From Callorhinchus milii (Eukaryota): a DNA stretch of 64,000 nt. Both the position numbers and the translations under genes were made by a program. A model generated the notes under the pieces. The model saw nothing but the letters and a program-made list of their open reading frames with translations, was not told the DNA's origin and made no database searches. Below, in pieces: positions 39,043 through 52,724 of the stretch. Position 1 is the first letter of the stretch. Each line of letters starts with the position of its first letter. Location: assembly GCF_018977255.1 (NCBI RefSeq), contig NW_024704743.1, positions 79,486,001 through 79,550,000 on the forward strand, in the 5' to 3' direction.

Positions 39043-41782
39043 GCTGTAGCTCTGAACTGAATTTAATAACTAATGAAATTCAATATGCAATCTGTGCATA
39101 ATTGTCTCTATCACTAATAGGATCGTATGGATTATAAATAAGGTATTGCCCTATAAGGTCCTTGGAATGAACTTTATGAACAAGACCAGATACTGTGAAT
39201 TTGTTGCACAGTCCTAAACATTTCCTCAAGTTCACGATTGATTTTTGCAGCACTATTCGTGAGCAGATCTGTTAGATGTGAACTGATACAGCTGCTAGTG
39301 ACTGTTAAAGCTCTGAAATCAATACCAGCCTATTGTCTCAGTTCTGCATTCTTCTGTGTGACTCCAAGTAACGAAGAGCTCTCTTTTTATAGGTATAGTA
39401 ATATGTTTCAGTTTTATGACATTTAATGCAACCAGATCGTGTCCCTGATTTACGATAAAAGTTTGAAATGGTGCATTAGTGCAGTGCACTTTATTACTTT
39501 GTTCATAACAACAACAACTTGTATTTATATAGCTCTCTCCACACCGGGTGGCGTCCCATTTGTTCATTTCTCGTTCTGTCATAATGAATGATTAAGTCTG
39601 TATCGTAGTATTGCAGGTATAATGAAGACAACGCTTCCTTAATCTAGGGACATATCACTCATGGACACATTCTGCTGCATTACACGTGGATTAAGGTATT
39701 TGTCACTTAATTTCGAAATCATACAGATGCAAAGTGGCATTCCTTAAATTGGTTTCTTGTGTTAACTTGCACAGGAAATGGATTAAAATGCCCACAAATT
39801 CGTTCCCATTTTTTTGCTAAATAGGAATTTACCTTTAATTACTGCTCCCGGCTTCTGATTTCCTTGTAACCAGTTTCTGCTGGGCACCCAGCCTCTTGCC
39901 TGTAAAAACACACAGGAAACTGATTTTATAATAATATAATTATAATAATCCTTAAATTTGATACAGCACCTTATCAGGTCTTCTAGACATCTCAAAGTGC
40001 TTCACAGAATATACTGTAAAGTGAATTGACTGTATATTTTGTGGGAGAATCACAGCAGCCAATTGCGCATAGCAGTGTCCCACAAGTTTGGAGAGGATCA
40101 GCATGGGCTGAAGGTATAGAAAAGGAGTATGGTTGGTGCCTTTTCAGCACTCTATCTTGCATGAATGGCACTATATAAATACAAGTTGTTGTTGTGGTGA
40201 GGAACATTGTAGACCAGGAACATTGTTTTAAGACCACATTAGGAATTTTAACTCATGCGCGATGCTCACACAATTGCAGGGCTGTTTGGCCAAATGACCT
40301 CTTTCTGTGTTGTAAAAATTTCTATATTTTTACTGTATGACTATATAACAATCCATGGTATTTCCAGTGGGAAAGATCTGTCTAAATAAATTTAGTGCTC
40401 TGTGTTGCTACCCTGCATTGAAGGGTGCTATATAAATGCAAGTTAGTGTTGTTGTTGTTGTTGTACCTAACCTGTACAAGTAACCGAGAGGACCTCTGTA
40501 ATATTCATCCACCCACATATCTTCGCTATTCAACGCTGGCCTACTGCTCTACATGGAAACCTGTCTCCAGTTTCAGGAGAGACACAAGGATCACTATTCT
40601 CTTGGAAGTCTGAAGAGACTTGCACACTGACTGGGAGTTTAGTCTCTTGTTTGGACTGTGCGAATAACTAAATTCAACGAGAACCAAAGCTGAAAGCAAG
40701 ACTGAAATGCTAAAAAATCACAATGATCACCTCCTTTCCAGAATAAGACACAGAGCATGCGTGGATGTTTGGTTTAGTTATTGTGGGGTAGAGCCAGAGG
40801 GATCCACCACTGGAGTCTTTCTGGAACGCACTTACTGGAGCTATTGCCTTTTTCTGATCCCACAACTGATTGTGTTTTTATACCACTTATGCAACAGTGG
40901 TTAAGCTAAAATCCCCTTTGTCACTCGATAGCAGTAAGCTATATAATCATGACTAGAGAATTCAGCTATGACTGAGAACTTGCCCTTAGCTAAGCACCGG
41001 AAAGCACTGTCTGATACCAGTGCCTGGGAATCTCTACAATATCTGCCAGAATCAAAGGCCAACGCCACTTGAGTGATAACTACGTGGGAGAAACCTGACC
41101 CAAGGGTTCAAGAAATGTTTAGGTGTGAGAAGTGAGGAAGGGCAAAAGCCATCAGGCAGCTATATATTATAGGTGGCAATGTCATAATAGTAAGCAAGGT
41201 GCATTAGAGAAAAAAGATGGGTAAGACTGTTTGTGAGACTGGATGACCTAGTGTTCACCCAGGGGTGAATGATGAAGAAATAATACATGCGCCTTTATAG
41301 TAACCCATAGTAACAATTTTGTGAAGTATATTTAAATGAGTTTAACAAAGTCGATAAGGACAGTTCCATTTTATGGGTGGTTTAGTCTCCTCTTGTGGGT
41401 AAATTTACCATCCTTTGGTAGTAGTAATAATAATACTTACATTTGATATAGCGCCTTATCATGTCGTTGAGATATCTCAAAAGTGCTTCAAGGAATATAC
41501 TGTAAAGTGAATTGGCTGTATATTTTGTGGGCGAAGCATGGTAAATTAGATGGAAATCTCTTTGAGAGAAATTACTTTCCTCCAGCTTGTGTCTATTCTT
41601 GTGTTTCTTGTTCTACTTCCTCTTGCTCTTACACATGAACTTGTCCTTCTTATCTCCAGAAACATTTGATGACAAACCTAACTACTGTGCACTGAATCCA
41701 CCATCAATAAAGCACAGTTAGACTTCACAGCATGGATTGAAAATATATAAAGGTTTTGGCTTTCCACTTGCATGGATATAGA

Positions 41783-42200
41783 GAATAATAATAATAATCC
41801 TTTAAATATTTAATATTTTGCTTTTCACGTCTGGAGGATGGCTCAAACGCTTCAGAGGATTTTGCTATAAAGTGTAATGTTTGTATATTTTGTGGGTGAA
41901 CACAGCAGCCAATTTGCACACAGCACTATCCTACAAACAGCCAATTTTATCTGGAGGATTGTTAGCAGGACATGGGGAGAAGCTCCCCTCACATTTCGAA
42001 TTCTGCCATGGGATCTTTAACATCCACTTGAACAGGCAGACAGAACCTTGGTTTAATGTCACATTCAAAGGACAGTGCCTCCACAAATGCAGCGCTCCCC
42101 CAGAACTGTATTGAGTGACAGGCTAGAATGTGAGTTCAAAGTCCCGATGTAGGGCTTGTACCTACAATCTTCTGACTGAGAAGCGAGAGTGCTGAGAAGT
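41783..42200 (-). mobile_element. Near full-length old Deu-domain SINE
   Basis: Tail, tgccatgggatctttaacatccacttgaacaggcagaca (Deu domain, reverse strand) and decayed tRNA head. Confidence 0.8.
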
Positions 42201-42567
42201 GCTGTTAACTGAGAAGCAGACAATGGTGCTAAGGAGACAGATGGCAGAAACCTAACTTTTCAATGATATCGCTGGAAATATTACTTAAACAGTATTCATC
42301 AAAGTGCCCATTACATGGTTCACTGAATTTAAATTTGGATCTGGAGAGGTTTGGGAGAATATGCTACAGCTGCTCTGTCTCTGAACAATTACATTTCTAT
42401 CTTCCAAGTGTCAGCCTGGCTCAGTTGCAGTATCTACCCCCAAGTCAGACAGCTGTGATATCAAGTCCCCCATCAGAAAGTTGAGCTCATAGTACACAAA
42501 CAGTGGACAGACGCTCCAGTGCAGTGCTGTAGGAGTGCAGCAATGTCAGAGATGCCATCCTTTGGAT

Positions 42568-43850
42568 GAACAACAACAACAACAACAAAATTACATTTGT
42601 ATAGTGCCTTTCAGGAGGATGTCCCAAGGCACTGGACAGACAAGAGTTACGGATCTGAGCTGGGGGTTGGAATGTGGGAAAGTGGAGGGCAGGGGGGGAA
42701 GCAGGGAGATTGAAAGCACAGTTGAAGAGGAGGGTCTTGAGGTGGGTCTTGAAGGTGGCGAGGGAGGGGGTGAGATGGAGGGACTGCAGGATGGAGTTCC
42801 AGAGGGTGGGTGCAGAGTGGCAGAAGGCCAGAGCCCGCTGAGCGGAGGGAGTGAACAGGGTGGTAGGGGGTTAGGAGGTCAGAGAGGTTGGGGGGAGCTA
42901 GACCGTGGAAGGCTTTGAAGGTGAGGACCAGGATCTTGAACTGTATCCTCTGTGTGATGGGAAGCCAGTGGAGTTGGGCAAGGATGGGGGTGATAGGGTC
43001 GTGGAGCCTGGTGCAGGAGAGGACACGGGCCCCAAAGTTCTGGATGATCTGCAGCCTGTGGAGGGAGGGGTTGGGGAGGCCGACAAGCAGTGAGTTTGCA
43101 TAGTCGAGCCTCGATGTAATGAAGGCGTGTATGAGGGTTTCGGCGGCCTGCGGTGTGAGACAGTGGTGGAGCCAGGCGACGTTGCAGAGGTGGGGGAAGG
43201 CAGAGCGGGTCATCCAGGACTTGATGTATGACAGACATTCTGTCAGGACAGCAGTGATCCAGGAGTCAAGGGTGGAGGTAGAGAGGTAGAGTTGGGTGTC
43301 ATCTGTATACATGTGGAAGTTGATCCCATGTCTGCGGATGATGAATTTATGGAATTCACTACCCCAGAAGGGCTGTAGATGCTCAGTCCTTGAACATCTT
43401 CAAGGCTGAGACTGATAGATTTTTAAAAAATAGAGGGATTATGGGATATGGGGATAGAGCAGGTAATCAGAGTTAGGTCTGAAGATCAGCCATGATCTTA
43501 TCAAATGGCGGGGCAGGCTCGGGGGGCCGAATGGCCTACTCCTGCTCCTAATTCTTATGTTCTTATGTCACCAAGAGGGAGCATATAGATATTGAAGAGG
43601 TCGGACCAAGGACAGAGCCCTGAGAATGCGGCACGAGATGGTCCGGGGGCTAGAAGAGAAGCCGTTTGAGGAGATGACGTGCAGGCAATGTGAGACGTAT
43701 GATCTGAACCAACTAAGGACAGCGCTGCGGAGGTTGAGGTGAAAGGAGAGGCGGTGGATGCATTCAACAGTGTAGAAAGCAGCAGAGAGGTCAAGGAGGA
43801 CGAGGAGTCAGAGGGAGCCCTGAATGTCATTTGTCACTTTGACCAGGGCT
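42568..43850 (-). mobile_element. L2 LINE interrupted by a CR1 3' end at 43344-43567
   Basis: [10 protein letters not shown] and AETLIHAFITSRLDYAN. RT motifs resume after 43564. Confidence 0.92.
43344..43567 (+). mobile_element. CR1-clade LINE 3' end (shark HER1/CR1-type tail)
   Basis: tggaattcactaccccagaagggctgtagatgct...gatcagccatgatct...ggccgaatggcctactcctgctccta and (ttcttatg)n terminus. Confidence 0.85.
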
Positions 43851-45540
43851 GGATGAGACATTAAACCAAGGTTCTAGCTTTTCAGGCAGACTAAAATGAT
43901 CCTATGACATCATTTGAAAAGAGAAGGGACTGTTGGAATGATGTCTTGCCCAGCAATCTTCCAGATAAAATTGTTTTTTCATTTCATGGAAGTGTAAGTG
44001 ACATTGCTGTGTGCAAATTGGCTGCTGCATTTGCTTAAAAAATACACAGCCACTACATTTCACAGAATCATTTCACTAGTACATGTACTGTATCAAAAGC
44101 AACGATTATTATTACCAACTATCAGCGAAATTGACAGGTATCTGATCCACTTCGGCAGGGTTTTCAGTGCTTTCTGGCTACTTCATTAAAAGCCCTGTGT
44201 TAGTCTTACAAAGCTTGTAGATAAGACGTTTCCCCAATTTGAAAACCTGTCATAAATGATCAAACATATACAGGTGAATGTAAGACAACTATCCTGCGGA
44301 CATCGCAGTGAAAACTGTGACATGACGTGACATGTACTCATTATCACTGGTGAGAATTATAATGTCATAGGTGTATATGATTACCAGGTTGAAACTAAAG
44401 ACTGTTCCATCCAACCCGCTCCCGACTTTGTGACAATCTTTGGGCTTGAAGTCGTTTGTTGGGCCATTGCATATTCAGCCAGTCCAATATTCTTTATTTT
44501 GGTCTGTTTGACAAACTGTGCGTGGATTTTTTTGGCCTGTATGAAAAACATTGCCTATTCAGAAAAAATCAGGATAATACTTCAGTTTTAAATGTGTCCC
44601 ATCTTTTTTTCAACATTGCATCTCAAATGGACAAGATTTAATTCCTAAATGCGCTTTAGGGTTTGATATATATTTTACACACATGACTTTAATACATGCC
44701 AAATTACTATGACTGCAAAACGTAGTTTGTTTCAAACAGAGTTATCTCCAACAACAAAGGTTAGTTATGCAAACATCCTTTGTGTATAGGATAGACAGCT
44801 AATCTTTTCCTGGGCTTTTGGAGCCACACTGTGAGTTAATAATTAATCATGTGCATTAAGTAACAACGACCAGATAAGTTATCATTTACAAAAATACTTT
44901 GCTGTCAGAGTATGCATATTGAAATATCAACAAGTTGCTGTAGAGATGAAAGGCTTCTCTATCTGTCCAAACAGGAAAGTGGGATGGTTATCACCCACTT
45001 TCTTATCAAGAACAACAGAAATGGGCATAAATGATTTACAGGGAATTGAGATAAAGATTGTTTTAATGAACAACATGACGTTATCAGGACTTCACATGGG
45101 GATGACCGCTGGGCATGTTTGATGGCTTTTACAGTAAGTTTTCTTAATGAAGTTAAAGCCTTCCTGTTGGCTAACACAGCACTTGTTGATTGAGCTGCTC
45201 CAATTACCCTTGCATTTCATACCGGAACACTTCGCATTAATACTCCCAGCTCTGAACTGAGTTTGCTTGGTGGAATGTGCTGCACCCTGTCTAGAGACGG
45301 AGTTGACTTGTGTGGAATTCAAAGTATGAATAACTAAAATCTGTCCAAAAACCTTCATTGTTCTAGTCTTAGGATCATTACCCTAAAATTAAGTATCTTG
45401 CAGAATTTTGCAAAAATTCTTAAATTAAGTTCTTAATTTGGAAACTTTATTTTAAGAACGGCAAGAAACTGGCTTGCAGAATAAAGCTGGTATGAAGAAT
45501 TAAAGACCAAGAGGAAATTTAGGCTTCAGGTCTATATTGA

Positions 45541-45859
45541 GGAGTCCTATAGTTCATAGTGATTAGAGCACTCGCCTCGCAAGCAAGAGACCTGGGTTTG
45601 ATTCCCGGCAGGGCGAAACCTTGGACAAGTTTCCTTACTCCACACACCTGATAATAATCCCTCAAAGAAAAAAACCCAATAATAAATTGGTCACTTCAAT
45701 TCACGACTGTTTGTAGGACACTGATGTGCGCAATTGGTTACTGCATTTTGCCCACAAATATACAGTCAATTCACTTTACAGTATATTCTGTGAAGTGCTT
45801 TGAGACGTCTAGAAGACGTGAAAAGTCCTATATCAAATGCAAGGATTATTATTATTATT
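45541..45859 (+). mobile_element. tRNA-Ala-derived SINE, short form
   Basis: Full element. Confidence 0.9.
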
Positions 45860-46879
45860 TTTGGTGGACTTTATTTGTTCGTCGAGCTTAAGGACGCCAT
45901 TGAGAAAGATCTGCATGTTTTCACTTTTGGTAGCTAACTGGTAGGGTATTTCACATGCCAATTGCTAAAAATAGTGATCATTTCTGTTACATCCACATCA
46001 CAAGATTTTCCCTTTAAGAAGACACAACAAAAGAATGCTTGTTTTAGCGCTCGCTGTATGACAGACTCCAGTGTCAGCAACAAGTACCTCCATGACTGCT
46101 ACAGCAGATACTTGCAGAGTAGTTTCTCTGTTCTGGCCCTAACAATGTGCCTTTGATCCCATCTCAGAGGACTGCCCTCTACTGGAGCAATGAGACTTTC
46201 TCTACTTCCAACCTCAGGTATCCTTACGGGCTCACAAAAGATCACCTGAGGGCTTTGGATGAAGAAGGCCCTTCGGCCCATCTGATCTTATCCTTCAGAA
46301 TACCCTCGCTGCTCTCCTGCCATTGTAGCATCAAGCTGTTTCTTAAATGAATCCAGCATCCTGGCTTCAACTATCCTTCTCATGAGACTGCTAATTAAAT
46401 CTAAATTCTAGCCAAGGTGGAGCATCTGATCGGAACTCGGCTTGACCTGAAAATGACTGATATTGACGATGAGCATCTGAAATGGGAAATGATTCTGTTC
46501 ACCAGAGACAACAACTCTTGCCTTGACAGATATAATTGAAATGCTTAGAGCAATGTTAAGCAAAGCTTTGAATTTTCTTTAAAAGCTTTTCCTGATCTAA
46601 AAGCTGGAAGTCTGTCGTATTGACTTTCACAGAGGCATCTGATTCATTGCAGTGCCAAGTCCCATGGATGCATGACAAGGACTGGCATACTGGTAATATT
46701 CACTTACCATCAAATACTATTACTATTATTAATAATAATAATAATCCTTGCATTTGATATAGCGCCTTATCACATCTTTGAGACGCCTCAAAGCGCTTCA
46801 CAGAATATACTATAAAGTGAATTGACTAATGGGATACTAAGCTTCTTTATTCTTTATTTGCAGATGATATTGTGCCTTT

Positions 46880-47195
46880 CTTGTGAAAACATCTCAAAAT
46901 ATTCGCAGGGTTTACTGTAGAGTGATTATTTTATAGGCAAGCACAGCAGTCAATTTGTGCATAGTAATTTCCCAAATCAACCATAAAAGTTACTTTATCA
47001 GGCGGAGGTGTTGTTGGCTACAACACCAGGAGAAACTCTCTTTTCTTTTCAAATTGTGTCATAAGATCTTTAAACTCCACATAAACAGCATTGTAGTGTC
47101 AACCTAGATCAAGTGAGTTAAAGGCAATGATTTGGGACCTGAACCCACATCCTTCTGACTCAAAGGTGAGAGTGTACTAGCTGAGCCAGACTGAC
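46880..47195 (-). mobile_element. Old Deu-domain SINE
   Basis: Same motifs as the other Deu-domain copies. Confidence 0.7.
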
Positions 47196-47608
47196 AGTCA
47201 TAGGTGAGCTAAACAACAAAACTTTTTTTTATAATTTCTTGACAGAGAGTATTTAAAATAAATCAATCTCATTCTTTTCTCATTAGTTTGTGCTGTAGCA
47301 AGTTCATGGCACAATTTTTTCAGTATTCTTGATGATGGCTATGGAAACTGTGCTGGGACTGAATCTATCTGAAAGAGATACAATACCTTTTTAAATTGAA
47401 ATCTAACTAGAAATTCTGCCATGTAGATTGACAAGATAAAGTTAAACAACACTATTGAAGTGAGAGATGTTACAGAGGGTTTTTTCTCTTATTTCTCACT
47501 TGAATCTAAAAATATCAGCTTCATGGACTGTTACTGATCCCACCCATGTGTGGAATGCCAATTGAGCGTCTGTTAGAATCCTTCACGAAGTGTGATACCG
47601 TGGAGAGA

Positions 47609-47831
47609 AATTCCACCTGGGTCTAGATTTACTCTATTTTCTTAGCATTTCAGAGCACCGAAAATTTGTCAACTTCTTAAATACAGTTAATTTTGAAGTC
47701 TGTTTTCTGTCAATTATTTTAAGAATTCCAAAAGACAAGTTTCAAAATTAAGACTGAATTCAGCAATTTGCTGAGTTCTGCATGCTCTGAAATATGAAGA
47801 AAACAGAATAAATCTAGAACCAGGTGGAATT
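47609..47831. mobile_element. Foldback MITE-like element with ~35-bp terminal inverted repeats
   Basis: aattccacctgggtctagatttactctattttctt versus aagaaaacagaataaatctagaaccaggtggaatt (3 mismatches). Related copies at 15016-15222, ~37050-37187 and ~48525-48640. Confidence 0.75.
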
Positions 47832-47949
47832 ACTTCACCCCTTGTCTTTAATGGACCACAATTTACAGATACCTCTGTGTGTATTTTGGGGGGATTTGTA
47901 CACACACGGTTGATTTTATTGTATGTAAAGCTGTTAATTCTATGTAAAA

Positions 47950-48211
47950 TCCATTCGACTGGCCTCCTCGTCCCCCTGACCCTCCGCCCCACCATCGGTG
48001 GCTGTGCTTTCAGCCACTGCACCCCGAACTGTGGAACTGTCTCCCTCAATCCATTCACCTCACCCCCTCTCCCCATTTTCAGGTCGCGCTTGATGACCTT
48101 CCTTTTCGACTTCCCCCTCTCTTTGGCTTGGCATCAGGCTCCGCCACTGTTAAGTACTCCGAGACACCGTCCAGCGTGAAGGGCGCTAGATAAATGCAAG
48201 CTTTTGTTGTG
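47950..48211 (+). mobile_element. L2 LINE 3' fragment
   Basis: RPTIGGCAFSHC and FRSRL.TFLFD; tail. Confidence 0.8.
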
Positions 48212-51200
48212 TTAAAGAATAATTGACCGTTTATTGCCCTTTTTAACTTGAACATTAACTGAATCTCTTTGAAATTCATAATTATTATAAGAAAAGGCAA
48301 ATAAAGGATTAAAATATGAATACTTATTTTGTCATCCAAAATTGTAAAGGGCCTGCTTTGAAAGGTATGAGCTGGATATTATTTTGATGTATGAATCTCT
48401 GCTTTACAGCTCTTAACACTGGTCGCATCAGTTTGAAGTGGGTTCACATCATTGTGGGGATGTTTAAGCATTGGTTGGCAACTGATATACTAATTGGTCC
48501 CTTGAGCAGGATTCCTGAGGCCTGGAATTCCACCCAGTCTTAGTCTGAAAGACCATTTAGTCTTAAGGTTACCGTCACACGGAATTATAAAAACTTGTTA
48601 AATTCAGTCTTAGTTTGGAGGTTGTTTCTTTTTAAGAACTGTGGAAAACCGAGGGAATCAAGTGGTTATCTACCTTCCAGAGTATGACAGACAGTGCGGG
48701 GGTGGATAATCAGGGTATCATTGCAATTATTTAAAAAATGGTGTTTTATATCACATCACAATGTCTCAAAGCACTTCATTATTGTGAAGTGTGGCTTTTG
48801 TTTATACGGAAACAGCATCTATTTATACTACTAAGGTTCCACAAATAGCCACGAGGTGGATACCAATTAGTTTAGAAGATTGTTGGCTAGGAACCCAGGA
48901 CAAACTCCTTTCTCTTTTCTCTTACAAGTCGCTCATATGGACAGAGGCAGTCCTGGTTAATTCTGTCTGGAAAAGACTATATGGTGGTGTTCAGCACCAT
49001 GAAAAGAAAAACAGACTTCTAAAGCTCAGTACTGCTAATAAAAAAACATGATTTGCCGTTTTACCACTCCAAATAACATTTTCTAGTCTAGTTAAACTAA
49101 ACTGATTTGCAAACTGGGTGAAATTAACATAATTAATTAAAACATTACCGCAATAGTTTAGTGATCAGAATTTTATTAAGCTAGGGCTTATGATTTATAA
49201 GTTATTAATAATAGGATAAAAATGTGGTGTTATTGCAAGCACCACTCCCTTGCTGTGCCTCACCATGTTCCACAAAGTGAAAATCCAATGTATGAATCGA
49301 ATCAAACGTACTTTATGTGGGCTTTGAAGATCAAAAGGTGTGCCATACGAGTCTTTGAGAAGGCCTGCAGAACGCTATGTTCTTAGGAAGTATTGGAAAA
49401 TTTTAACCAGTGAAGTCCTTGGGTTATAATGTTTCAATGTATCTAATGATGGAAAAAGGTGATCCCAGACTAATTAAAGCACTGAGCTGTATCTGCCTCA
49501 GGCTTTAATTAGCTTTGTTTCTTTTCCAGCAAAAAAAACATGCTGAAGTAATTCGTTGAAAAGTTTATTTTAATTTATAATCAAAATTAATAGGCCTGTT
49601 TTTAATTTTGGCAACAATGCTAATTGTACGTTATGGGCAAAGCAGTCCACAATGCAGAAAAATTAAAGGAGAGATTCATGAAATATGAACTGCTCTCATA
49701 ATAATAATATTTGCATCTGATATAATAATAATCCTGTTTGAGGTATTGCCTTTTATGTCAGGAGATGTCTCAAAGTGCTGCAGAGGATTTACATGAAAGG
49801 AGGTATATAAAGGTAAATTGCCCAGAAATATACAGTCGCTACATGTTACAGTAAATCCTCCTGATGTGAAAAGGCACTATGCCAAATGCAAGGATTATTT
49901 AATTATTAATGTTGTGAAATGAGAAAAACTTTTGGCAATCAGTGGTGACAATCATTGACCAACAACTGAAGGCAATATTTTGATTGCTTCCCCCTCTTTC
50001 TTGTGATTTCTCTAATTTCTTCCTCTTTCTTCTTCATTATAAAAATGGACCTTTTAACCATGAGTACAAGTTATTACCGATTTACCAATCATGCCTTGCC
50101 TTGACTGGCAGGGTTGTGTTTACTTAAACTTTCACTTAAATGTATGTGATTTATTCTAGCTTTTTTTAAAATCAACAGTGTGGAATAAAACATCAGTGAT
50201 TTGAAACACGATTCAATTTAAGGACTTTTTCTGGTAACTGGAAGTACGTATTAGGGTGAGTTCTTGGTGGTCAACATGATGTGTGGCTGGATTTCTCAAT
50301 TAAAGAATCCTTGCATTTGCCTTTGATATACTGTCTTATCACATCGTCAAAAAATCCTCAAAGTGCTTCATCATTTTTACTGTGAAATGTAGTGACAGCT
50401 TATTTGCAGGCAAATGCCCATTTAAAATCACTACCTTTTTCGACCCCTATATCGGAAATTTCTATTTGCCAAATATTCTTCTCAAATATATTACTTATTT
50501 GAAACTTACGATTAAGTTGTTTATTAACTTCACTTTTAACTTTATTTTTGACACAATGGATCTCATTTGTCATGCATCCTCCTTCAGCCAGTCTCTTGCA
50601 ATATCTTATTGCATATGATGTTTAAGAAACCCCAAGTTCAATCTCAGTTTTTCCAGCCAGACTCTCAATACAGTATCATTAGTGCTGCTGTGCATTTGAT
50701 TGACAAGAAGCTCAGCTTTGTATATAGCAACTGCCAGCTCCTAATAGATAGTGCAACCTCAATGAAACAAATAGAGCTCAAAAGTGTCTGAGAGAAGGAT
50801 CTCAGTGTCTGAATATGACCTGAGAATTTCACCAATGCAAATGTAATTGATCTGTGCTATCAGTATGAGAAACTACAAAGCAACATCAGCTATCCATCAT
50901 TTAATCTTGCAGTGTCTTATTGTATATGATGTTTAAGAAACCCAAAGTACAGTCTGTTTTTTTTCCAGCCAGTCTCTCAAACGGTAGCCAGTTTATTTAA
51001 TGGTATGTAATCCAGTGAATGCACTGCCAGCAGTTAAGTATGTCAAGATGCTATTGGACTGGTGCCAATTCAATTGATGTAACCCACAAGACACACAGAT
51101 GATCATTTGTGATCACAGATGATCGTAAACACTTCATTTGTTTATCATATGTTTCAATGCACTTGGCGTTAGCATACATGAATATGAGACTCATTTAAGT

Positions 51201-51909
51201 ACCATTCAGTACCATTTAACAACAAATCCAAGAATTCTTGTGTTACAACTCTACAAGCAAAAGTCTTCTTTAACAGCCCAGAGTTAGATTAACCCGGACA
51301 AAAATTGACCTCTTCTAAAACCAAAATTATATCCCAGCTACAACAATTGTCCTGTGCTTTACACAGGTTTCACTGACTCACTATGGATCATGGGTAACAT
51401 CTGCTTGTATTTTGAGCTGTGTACCATTAGATCATGGCCACCTTCTCTGCAACCCTCGATCAGAACTGAGGTGCCCTTGCATCAATGTTGCAATGGGTGG
51501 CCTCACTGTGAATGCACTTTACACGTTCTGAGGTTGACTGGTGTGTTACAGAAAAAAAGGGAAATTTTACAATGGGGTTGAAAAAGCACTCCTCAAAAAA
51601 GTGACAGCCTTACGCGCACCCAAGTGCCAGAATAAATCAACTTTGCAAAGTTACCCGCAGTTTCTCTGGGGCAAGCCCTACACATCGTGTTGACTATTGA
51701 GACTGGAGATCAGAGAATTGGCCTCCCAAGTGTGTGTGATGTACCTACTAGTAATAATAATAATATTATTATTATAGTCCCCCATAGCTTATATTCCCCA
51801 AGTGCTTTTCCAGAATGAGATACTAGAAACATTTTCCCTTTTACTGGCTGTACTTTTTCTGTCCCACTGGATAAATCTGTTCCCCTTACTTTCAGCTAAA
51901 TTCAGCATA

Positions 51910-52055
51910 CAGAATTTGCCGATCACTGGATTGTTCACGCACTGACAGGGAAAGAGAGCTGGGTTCAGCCATCATGAGACAGGTTAATTTCATCTGGTTA
52001 ATGATATGTTGAAATTGTAATGCTGTTCACTAGGAGAGGAACCACAGGTTCAGAC
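51910..52055 (+). pseudogene. Decayed 28S (LSU) rRNA fragment including the sarcin-ricin loop region
   Basis: Collinear with recalled 28S sequence ..GGATTGTTCACCCACTAATAGGGAACGTGAGCTGGG..GTGAGACAGGTTAG..AGTACGAGAGGAACCGCAGGTTCAGAC, with many CpG-type changes. Confidence 0.85.
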
Positions 52056-52724
52056 GTCACAGCGTCACTTCATTTCATACTATTCCTCCCTGAACCGGTT
52101 AAAATTCCTTCCAAAAAAATTGGTCACTCAATCCGCAAATGTTTGTGAGACACTGCTGTGCGCAATGGGCTGCCACATTTCGCCCACAAAATATACTGTT
52201 TATTCAGTTTACAATATGTTCTGTGAAGTGCTTTGAGACGTCTCGAAGATGTGATAAGGCCCTATAGCAAATGCAAGGTTTATTATTATTGAGGAGTATT
52301 ATTATTATTGATACCAGTTCTCAAACAGAAGGCACACAGATATCATTCATGTAGATCATTCAAGCTGTCAATTAACAGCCTTGAAATCATGGCCGTAAAT
52401 CATAGCCAATTATCCAATGAAATTATGCTGGCCGTTTGCTACTGTTCTCCTTCCATTTAGATATCCCTCTGATGTGTTGAGATGTTATAAAAATACAAGC
52501 TCTTGTGTTCTCAAACATCTTCAATCATGTACTTTCTTAGTTCAAGACAGCTGGTTATAATGTCTAATCTCTCCAGAACTACGCACTGCTTGTGAAAGCT
52601 CTCACATGCTGTTAAGATAATAGTTATAAAAATTCCTTGTGATTGTACACCCCTTAATATATAGTATAGTACTGACTGGTGGTAGTCGGTAGGATTCCAA
52701 ATGCTAAAGGAACACAGACAAGAA

